From Candidatus Uhrbacteria bacterium (GTDB lineage Bacteria > Patescibacteriota > Patescibacteriia > UBA9934): a DNA stretch of 64,000 bases. The translations under genes and the position numbers were made by a program. Below the pieces are notes generated by a model that had not been told where the DNA came from, did not search any database, and saw only the letters and a list, made by a program, of their open reading frames with translations. Every line of letters begins with the position of its first letter. Within the stretch, counting starts at the first letter, position 1. Shown here piece by piece: positions 57,668 through 64,000 of this stretch. The stretch covers positions 3,512 through 67,511 of the forward strand of contig JABHCP010000001.1 in NCBI GenBank assembly GCA_018673485.1, written 5' to 3'.

Positions 57668-58276
57668 TTGTATCATTATTATTTAAATGCTATTTTTAGA
57701 TATATGCATATTAAAACACACAAAGTAGAAGTATTTAGCGAACCATGTTCTTTAGAATTAATGCACTTCGATGATACTGATCGAGTTAAATGGAAACAAT
57801 TATTTGATCAATGGAAATCTTTAAAAATGGGAATGAGAGAATACAAATCCAGAGAACCAAATTTTCCAGAGGGCTTATCAGAAGTAGCCTTTTGTCTTCA
57901 CTCAGGTTCTGGTAGATTCATTAAACTTAAGGGAAATAGCAAAGCATCGTTCGATACCTTCGACCTACAAGACAATCGATCAGAACAAATAAAGGCCTGT
58001 AGCGTAGAGTACGATCTCACATCCTTCGGTCCGAAATCCGTTTGGGACGACATCTATTTTCTGGACTTTTTCAATGAAGGTTTGCTGGATGGTAGATTTG
58101 ATATTTATCAGATACCAACAGATCTGATCTTGAATATGAAAGTAAATAAAGATCAAACTGTAGCTGATCAGCAAAATCAAGGTAGGAGACCAAGATTTAG
58201 TATCAAAAGGAAAATTATAAAAGAATTAAACATCAAACCCATCGCTACAAAAGTGACGGTTTGGAAGAAAGACTAG
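57668..58276 (+). CDS. hypothetical protein, candidate restriction endonuclease partner of the adjacent methyltransferase
   Basis: 202 aa, AT-rich; convergent and overlapping by 4 bp with the 3' end of the C5-MTase gene; the start may be the ATG at 57706. Confidence 0.4.
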   Translation: MYHYYLNAIFRYMHIKTHKVEVFSEPCSLELMHFDDTDRVKWKQLFDQWKSLKMGMREYKSREPNFPEGLSEVAFCLHSGSGRFIKLKGNSKASFDTFDLQDNRSEQIKACSVEYDLTSFGPKSVWDDIYFLDFFNEGLLDGRFDIYQIPTDLILNMKVNKDQTVADQQNQGRRPRFSIKRKIIKELNIKPIATKVTVWKKD

Positions 58277-59868
58277 GAATTCAAAGCAAACTTCATTTTC
58301 TTCGCGATCGCTCTTAGAACTGGAACTGAAACTGAATTTCCAAATTGTTTATATAAAGCAGAGTCAGCCAAATGCTCAGGAATAATATACGAATCAGGAA
58401 AACCCTGAATTCTTGCACATTCACGAGGCGTCAACTTTCTAATACCATTCTCATCTTTTATTATAGGAACATTGTGTCCGCCTGTACCCATATTGGCAGT
58501 TAAAGTTGGGCAGACGCCTTTTTTATTTTCCCTTACATATTTTCGCCTCCACTGATACACTTTCCCGAATTCCTTTACGTCATCTTTAATTTTCTCATAA
58601 AGTGGCTTACCGTTATAATAATACTTATCGTCTACCTTGGATTCCAAAATGTCTGTTATTTTTACTTTCAACTCTACAGGATCTGGAAAGCTGAAATTAT
58701 TCAAATGATCAGCATTCAAAAAACCTACAATATAAATTCTCTCACGATTTTGCGGGACATTGCCATAATCCATGGTGTTTAAAACCTTGGAGGAGACGGA
58801 GTACCCCAGACTCTGCAATGTCTCTTTGATGATTTTGAATGTTTTTCCTTGATCATGTCCTTGAAGATTTTTAACATTCTCTAGTAGAAAGGCCTTTGGC
58901 TTTCGAGTTTCTAATATTCTCGCTACATCAAAAAATAAGTTCCCTCTTTCTTTCTTGTCATCAAATCCCTGCCTATATCCAGCGATAGAAAATGCCTGAC
59001 ATGGAAAACCACCCAATAATATATCAAAGTCCGGCAAATCATTTTCATGGATATTTCGAATATCCTCAACAACTAATTTTGAAGTTCTAAAATTTAAATC
59101 ATAAGTATCTTTACACTTTGGCTCATAGTCGTTTGCAAAGACTGTCTCAAAACCTTCCGCCTCGAATCCCAATCTAACACCACCCACACCAGCGAATAAA
59201 TCTACTGTCTTAAATGAATTGGTCACCTCCATACTATCTTTATTATTTTTATCTTTTGAAAAATTTCTTATAACTCTAATTACAACGCCTCTAACCTCCA
59301 GTTCCTTTACGAAAATAGGTAAAATATTCTGATTAGCTGGTTGCAATCTATAACCATCTTTTAACCTATATATTTTCTTTAATGTACAAGTGTCATCTTC
59401 TAGAATAGCTACCACTGTTTGTCCATTCTCAGGAGATATTTGTGGTTTTATGATAACGATATCGCCATCAAAAATTCCATCGTCTATCATGCTGTCCCCC
59501 TTCACCCTCAAGGCATAACAATCTTCACGCCCCGACAATAGACTACTAGGAACCTCTATCAAATCGGTTTCATCTTCCAAGACTTCAATGGGCTTCCCGG
59601 CAGCTATACTACCTTTAACTGGAATTAATATTGTATTTGTATCTACCTTCAACGATATTGATCTTGGTATATGGTTGGATCCTTCAATATAACCCTTCTT
59701 CACTAAAGCCTGTACATGCTGATGTATCGTGGAATTCGATTTTAATCCTACCAGCCCCCTAAGCTGATTTATTGTTGGAGGAATGCCGTCCTCTTCAATA
59801 CCACTTTTGATAAATTCTAGGATTTCGCTTTGCCTATTTGTTAAACGTTCATTCACCATATAAAGCAA
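58273..59868 (-). CDS. LexA (HTH + S24 autopeptidase) fused to DNA cytosine-5 methyltransferase
   Basis: N-terminus with LexA wHTH (INQLRGLVGLKSNSTIHQHVQALVKKGYI), AAG cleavage site, GDSM Ser and TLKK Lys of the S24 dyad. C-terminus with C5-MTase motifs I DLFAGVGGVRLGF, IV GGFPCQAFSIAG, ENV, QNRERIYIVG and GNSV. Confidence 0.85.
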   Translation of the reverse strand: MLYMVNERLTNRQSEILEFIKSGIEEDGIPPTINQLRGLVGLKSNSTIHQHVQALVKKGYIEGSNHIPRSISLKVDTNTILIPVKGSIAAGKPIEVLEDETDLIEVPSSLLSGREDCYALRVKGDSMIDDGIFDGDIVIIKPQISPENGQTVVAILEDDTCTLKKIYRLKDGYRLQPANQNILPIFVKELEVRGVVIRVIRNFSKDKNNKDSMEVTNSFKTVDLFAGVGGVRLGFEAEGFETVFANDYEPKCKDTYDLNFRTSKLVVEDIRNIHENDLPDFDILLGGFPCQAFSIAGYRQGFDDKKERGNLFFDVARILETRKPKAFLLENVKNLQGHDQGKTFKIIKETLQSLGYSVSSKVLNTMDYGNVPQNRERIYIVGFLNADHLNNFSFPDPVELKVKITDILESKVDDKYYYNGKPLYEKIKDDVKEFGKVYQWRRKYVRENKKGVCPTLTANMGTGGHNVPIIKDENGIRKLTPRECARIQGFPDSYIIPEHLADSALYKQFGNSVSVPVLRAIAKKMKFALNS

Positions 59869-59917
59869 TTATATCACGAAAAGATACCGAACATGTCAGC
59901 AATAATGTGCATAACTT

Positions 59918-59948
59918 AAAACGAGGCCATCCAAAGCCTCGTCTTTTT
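59918..59948. terminator. bidirectional terminator between the protease and the LexA-MTase gene
   Basis: AAAACGAGGCcatccaaaGCCTCGTCTTTTT. Confidence 0.65.
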
Positions 59949-59997
59949 AGCTGACTACCCTATTTTATCTATTTAGTGAATTACTGTAATTTTACTC

Positions 59998-60828
59998 TCA
60001 TGAACCATTTTCAATAACACGCCTTTCAGATTCTTGGATTGCCTCATCAATCGCGTCAACTGTTACTATCTTAGAAAGACCTAAATGACCTTCCAATATT
60101 TGCACCTGTTTATTGGTTAGCGCATCACGCTCCTCACCCATTGATAAAAAACTAATAACAATGCCTAATAAATATGCTTTCTTTACCGGCACAGTTCCTT
60201 CAATAGCCACAAACTGTGGCTTTATAAAAACTGGACCACCACTATTACCAGGAAATACGGGCGCATCTAAATATATCAGATTGTTACTAAGAGTTTCGTC
60301 ATCTACTCTAGCGATAGAACCGCTACGACACATAGCATAATTTTTTTCAGCTCCTTTTAAACCAAGCGGAAAGCCTAAGTAAAAAACTCCATCACCATTT
60401 GATACCCCCGCCTCTTCATATTTGTTTGAATGAAGCGCAGTATCTGTATCAATAATTTGAACATAGTCAATTCCAGCTTCTTTGAGAATATTGCCATTAA
60501 TTGGTATCACAGCCACATCGCACTCCCCTAAAGTTGAGCTAAATACAGCCAAACCATCAACATATAACGATAATTCAAATACTTGAACATTTTCCCCTAA
60601 AGAATCGAACCGAAGAAATACTTTTTGCCTCTGTTTGCCTCTACTCAAACCAGCTTTATATAAAACATGCTTAGCTGTCACTAAATAATTCATTGCTCGG
60701 AACTGATCACCCTTCTTTTCTAGTACTTTTGCATATATAAAACCTGTACCTATAGTTTTAAGGTTTCCATCTTCATAATCCTCGATGGATACAACTGATT
60801 TTAAATATCCTGGTGGTAATAGTGCCAT
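59998..60828 (-). CDS. cytoplasmic trypsin-like (chymotrypsin-fold) serine protease
   Basis: His in VTAKHVL, Asp in ECDVAVI, Ser in PGNSGGPVF; no signal peptide or PDZ domain. Confidence 0.7.
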   Translation of the reverse strand: MALLPPGYLKSVVSIEDYEDGNLKTIGTGFIYAKVLEKKGDQFRAMNYLVTAKHVLYKAGLSRGKQRQKVFLRFDSLGENVQVFELSLYVDGLAVFSSTLGECDVAVIPINGNILKEAGIDYVQIIDTDTALHSNKYEEAGVSNGDGVFYLGFPLGLKGAEKNYAMCRSGSIARVDDETLSNNLIYLDAPVFPGNSGGPVFIKPQFVAIEGTVPVKKAYLLGIVISFLSMGEERDALTNKQVQILEGHLGLSKIVTVDAIDEAIQESERRVIENGS

Positions 60829-60874
60829 AATTTTTTATCAAAAACAGAGCCTTGCGGCCCCGTTTTTTAAATAT

Positions 60875-62149
60875 CTATTTAACGTCGTAGTTTCTCATCT
60901 GGATCTGGGATTCGACTTGTTTTACCATGTCGATTACTACCGAGACTACGATTAGGATTGATGCACCACCTACTACTAAGTTCGGGCTGCCGGTGATTCC
61001 TTGGACTATAACTGGCAAGAGCGCGATTATTGCTAGGAAGCTGGCACCACCGAATAGGATTCTGTTTCGTACCCACCCTAGATAATTCTCCGTTGGCATT
61101 CCTGGACGTACTCCTGGAATAAATCCACCTTGCTTTTGCAAGTTCTCCGCTACTTGATCTGGTCGGAAAACAACTGTTGCGTAGAAGAAGGTGAATCCAA
61201 ATACTAGTGTGAAGTAGATGATTCCGTAGAACCAGTTATTGGCAAAGGCTTCGATTACGAATGTTGCCAAGTCTCTAATCACCTGCGTTTTTGCTTCTAC
61301 AAAGAACTGAGCAATGAGCGGTGGGAATACGATTATTGATATTGCGAAAATGATCGGGATCATTCCTCCCAAGTTAACACGCATTGGCAGGTGTGACTGC
61401 ACCTTTCGTGATGCTCCTCCACGTACCCCTCGGGCGTATTGAACTGGAATATTTCGCTGTCCCTCGTTGACGACTACTACTGCTAGAATAGTTACTACAG
61501 TAAGCACCAGGAATAGTATTAAGTTAAACAAATCAGCCTGTGTGTATGTTGCTGCAACTTGCTGCAAGAATCCAGGGAATCCAGCTACAATACCGGCTAA
61601 GATTAGGATTGAAATTCCGTTACCAACATTCTTTTCAGTCATTAGCTCACCCAGCCACATAAGGAATATTGTTCCGGCTGACATGGTGATTAGGGCTGCA
61701 ATTAGTGCAAATCCTTCAATGGCGAATCCACTTCCCAACTGTCCACCCTGCTGTCCGATTAGAGACACTAGAGCAAAACTTTGAACTAGTGCAAGTGGGG
61801 CTGTTGCCCAACGAGTCCACCTGTTAATCTTTTCACGTCCTGTCGCTTCCTTTTGCATGTCTTCCATTTGCGGGAAGATCATTCCCAAAAGCTGGAAGAT
61901 AATTGATGAGGTAATGTATGGAGAGATTCCAAGGGCAACGATTGAGAAATTCTCAAGCGTTCCACCAGAGAACATGTTCAGTAGTCCTAGGAATTGGTTT
62001 GAGTTTAGAAAAGTATCTAATCCTGCTGCATCAATCCCTGGAACAGTAATATGTGCAGCAACTCGGAAGATGCTGATACATAGAACCAAAAACAGCAGGC
62101 TGTTACGCAGCTGTTTTATTTTCCAAATTCTTCGTACTGTCTCCCACAT
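60875..62149 (-). CDS. secY: preprotein translocase subunit SecY
   Basis: 424 aa, 10 transmembrane helices, conserved plug/TM2 region. Confidence 0.95.
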   Translation of the reverse strand: MWETVRRIWKIKQLRNSLLFLVLCISIFRVAAHITVPGIDAAGLDTFLNSNQFLGLLNMFSGGTLENFSIVALGISPYITSSIIFQLLGMIFPQMEDMQKEATGREKINRWTRWATAPLALVQSFALVSLIGQQGGQLGSGFAIEGFALIAALITMSAGTIFLMWLGELMTEKNVGNGISILILAGIVAGFPGFLQQVAATYTQADLFNLILFLVLTVVTILAVVVVNEGQRNIPVQYARGVRGGASRKVQSHLPMRVNLGGMIPIIFAISIIVFPPLIAQFFVEAKTQVIRDLATFVIEAFANNWFYGIIYFTLVFGFTFFYATVVFRPDQVAENLQKQGGFIPGVRPGMPTENYLGWVRNRILFGGASFLAIIALLPVIVQGITGSPNLVVGGASILIVVSVVIDMVKQVESQIQMRNYDVK

Positions 62150-62164
62150 AAAATATTGTTATGC

Positions 62165-62602
62165 TTATATCTTACCACCTGCTGCAATAATTTTCTCTGC
62201 CGCTGTCTTTGATACTGAACAACTCTTTACAGTTACTGCCTTTGCAATTTCACCGTTTGCAAGAATCTTTACCGGCTTATTCGGATATCGCACCAAACCT
62301 TTGCTTGCCAAAGTTTTTGGAGTAACAACCTCTTTTGCGATATAGCTTGCATCAATTTGTGAAACATTTACAGTTTGCGGCTTCTCGTTTGGTGAATTAA
62401 AACCACGCAACTTTGGAGTAGAAAGCATAAGACGTCGCATTCCGCGTCTTTTATGTCCTGAGCTACCTGCTCTGGATTTCTGTCCCTTCATTCCACGTCC
62501 TACAGTGTGTCCACCTTTTCCTGATCCGTATCCACGACCAAGACGCTTCTTTGTTTTCTTTGTTCCCTTTGATTTCTCAAGGGTGTGCAGTGAAAGTGTC
62601 AT
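62165..62602 (-). CDS. rplO: 50S ribosomal protein L15
   Basis: GRGYGSGKGGHTVGRGMKGQKSRAG. Confidence 0.9.
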   Translation of the reverse strand: MTLSLHTLEKSKGTKKTKKRLGRGYGSGKGGHTVGRGMKGQKSRAGSSGHKRRGMRRLMLSTPKLRGFNSPNEKPQTVNVSQIDASYIAKEVVTPKTLASKGLVRYPNKPVKILANGEIAKAVTVKSCSVSKTAAEKIIAAGGKI

Positions 62603-62615
62603 ACAAAATTATTTA

Positions 62616-63239
62616 TCAGCCTTTTTTTTCAGCTGGCTTTGCTTTTGGAGCGCTCTTATCTGCGTCGGTCGCTTCTTCTGCCTTTACAACCTTTTTGACC
62701 TTTTTCGCAGGCTTCTTTTCCGCTACCTCTTTTAGCTGGCTAAGGGCTTTAAAAGCTGCTTTTGCATTATTGATTTTATTGTTTGTTCCTAGAATCTTTG
62801 AAACTGCGTTTGGAACTCCGGCAAGTGTTAGTACCATTCGAACAGCACCACCTGACTTAAGTCCAGTTCCCTTTGGAGCAGGCTTAATGATAACCTTGGC
62901 TGCACCAAACTTGGCAGAAACGTCATATGGAATTGACTCCTTTGCCATTGGAACAGTGATTACATTCTTTTTTGCCTGTCGGTAAGCCTTTTCAATTGAG
63001 ATCTGAACATCAGCTCCTTTGGCAACTCCCACACCAACTCTTCCCTTTCGATCTCCAATAAGCAAACATGTACGGAAACGCATTCGTTTTCCACCTTTAG
63101 TAACACGAGTTACGCGTGTAAGCTCAAGAATCTTCTGCTCGAATTCACGTTGTTCGCGCTGCTGTGGACGACGTCGTCGTCGTGGCTTGCGAGCATCTCG
63201 CTGTCCGCCTGGCTTATTTGTTTTTTGATTTTCAGTCAT
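62616..63239 (-). CDS. rpsE: 30S ribosomal protein S5 with a Lys/Ala-rich C-terminal extension
   Basis: dsRBD plus S5 C-terminal domain (RVTKGGKRMRFRTCLLIGDRKGRVGVG), then a ~60 aa KA-rich tail. There is no rpmD (L30) gene between S5 and L15. Confidence 0.9.
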   Translation of the reverse strand: MTENQKTNKPGGQRDARKPRRRRRPQQREQREFEQKILELTRVTRVTKGGKRMRFRTCLLIGDRKGRVGVGVAKGADVQISIEKAYRQAKKNVITVPMAKESIPYDVSAKFGAAKVIIKPAPKGTGLKSGGAVRMVLTLAGVPNAVSKILGTNNKINNAKAAFKALSQLKEVAEKKPAKKVKKVVKAEEATDADKSAPKAKPAEKKG

Positions 63240-63243
63240 ACAA

Positions 63244-63603
63244 TTAAAATTCAAGTCCGTTCTCGCGAGCAGCATCTGCTAACGCTTTTACGCGACCGTG
63301 ATACAAGTAAGGTCCGCGATCAAATACAACCTTTGTTATTCCTGCGTCCTTTGCTCGCTTTGCAACCTCAGCTCCAACAAGTGCTGCGATCTCAACTTTT
63401 TTCTTATCTTTTGAATCAACATGAGCGTCAGCTGTAAAAGCAAGTACCTTACCAGTTTCATCATTGATAACCTGGGCAGACATATGCTTTGATGACCTAA
63501 ATACGCTCAAACGTGGTCGATCTTGAGTTCCGCGAATACGGCTGCGAGTTCTGTGTGCTCGTCGCAACTTTTGTAATTGCTTTTTCTTTATTAAGTCCTT
63601 CAT
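63244..63603 (-). CDS. rplR: 50S ribosomal protein L18
   Basis: RPRLSVFRSSKHMSAQVIND... Confidence 0.9.
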   Translation of the reverse strand: MKDLIKKKQLQKLRRAHRTRSRIRGTQDRPRLSVFRSSKHMSAQVINDETGKVLAFTADAHVDSKDKKKVEIAALVGAEVAKRAKDAGITKVVFDRGPYLYHGRVKALADAARENGLEF

Positions 63604-63606
63604 ATG

Positions 63607-64000
63607 CTATTCGGTCTTAGCTGCCTTACCAGCTTTACGTCTAACAATCTCATCAGTGTATCTAAATCCTTTACCTTTATACGGTTCAGGCTTTTTAAAT
63701 GCACGAATCTCAGCTGTAACCTGTCCTACAAGTTGCTTGCTGATTCCTGAAATTGTCAAAACATTATTCTCAATAGTGGCCTCGATTCCTTCGGGTAGAT
63801 CGTATTCAATTAAGTGAGAAAAACCAAGTCTCATCTCAACTTTTCGCCCCTTAACCTCCATCTTGAAACCAACACCATGCAATTCCAGAGCTCGGGTCCA
63901 ACCCTCTGACACTCCCTTAACTACGTTTGCAACGTTTGCTCGTGTTGTTCCCCAAATGGCACTGTCAAGTGCTTTATCTACTGGTGTGATAGCTATTGTC
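63607..64000 (-). CDS. rplF: 50S ribosomal protein L6 (5' end beyond the window edge)
   Basis: C-terminal L6 domain; the reading frame stays open to position 64000. Confidence 0.85.
   Translation of the reverse strand, partial: TIAITPVDKALDSAIWGTTRANVANVVKGVSEGWTRALELHGVGFKMEVKGRKVEMRLGFSHLIEYDLPEGIEATIENNVLTISGISKQLVGQVTAEIRAFKKPEPYKGKGFRYTDEIVRRKAGKAAKTE

Noticed and set aside
59869-59920. Search for an SOS (LexA) box in the promoter of the LexA-MTase gene
   Set aside because: Only a CGAACATGT half-site, overlapping an extended -10 TGATATAAT, was found. No full Cheo-type CGAAC-N4-GTTCG or CTGT-N8-ACAG palindrome is present, so no operator is claimed.

Overview
This is a 64 kb window of a low-GC (about 40%), gene-dense bacterial genome. 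I see no rRNA genes and no CRISPR array.

The streamlined layout resembles a Patescibacteria/CPR-like reduced genome. Ribosomal protein S5 is followed directly by L15 with no L30 gene between them, S21 is present, and aaRS and cell-division genes are small or truncated. This lineage call is an inference only.

Most of the window is recognisable housekeeping (pyk, nrdR, ftsZ, ftsA, dgkA, ybeY, hisS, lepB, an LCP-family protein, der, pth, dprA, folC, topA, rel/spoT, parAB, scpAB, aspS, recO, ruvX, map, adk, secY-L15-S5-L18-L6) plus three tRNAs.

Four kinds of feature stand out from that background:
- A minus-strand run at 7.3-26 kb encodes three small single-transmembrane calcium-binding-repeat proteins and three giant surface proteins of 603, 3331 and about 1343 aa. 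The first two giants share an N-terminal two-helix module with TrbC/VirB2-like pilin topology.
- A roughly 3.5 kb AT-rich insertion sits between secY and adk in the spc operon. It encodes a trypsin-like protease, a full LexA repressor fused to a C5 cytosine methyltransferase, and a convergent tail-overlapping ORF that may be its restriction endonuclease.
- Two GC-rich (above 60%) islets are likely horizontal acquisitions. One is a tandem pair of divergent paralogues, each with its own terminator. The other is a single-gene cassette with a consensus promoter, a long structured leader and a terminator.
- The window is unusually dense in several families of short palindromic or structured repeats. 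These include a stop-codon-abutting 3'UTR element shared by hisS and aspS, a 280 nt structured element in two copies with compensatory stem changes, and a repeat unit inserted in-frame into aspS.
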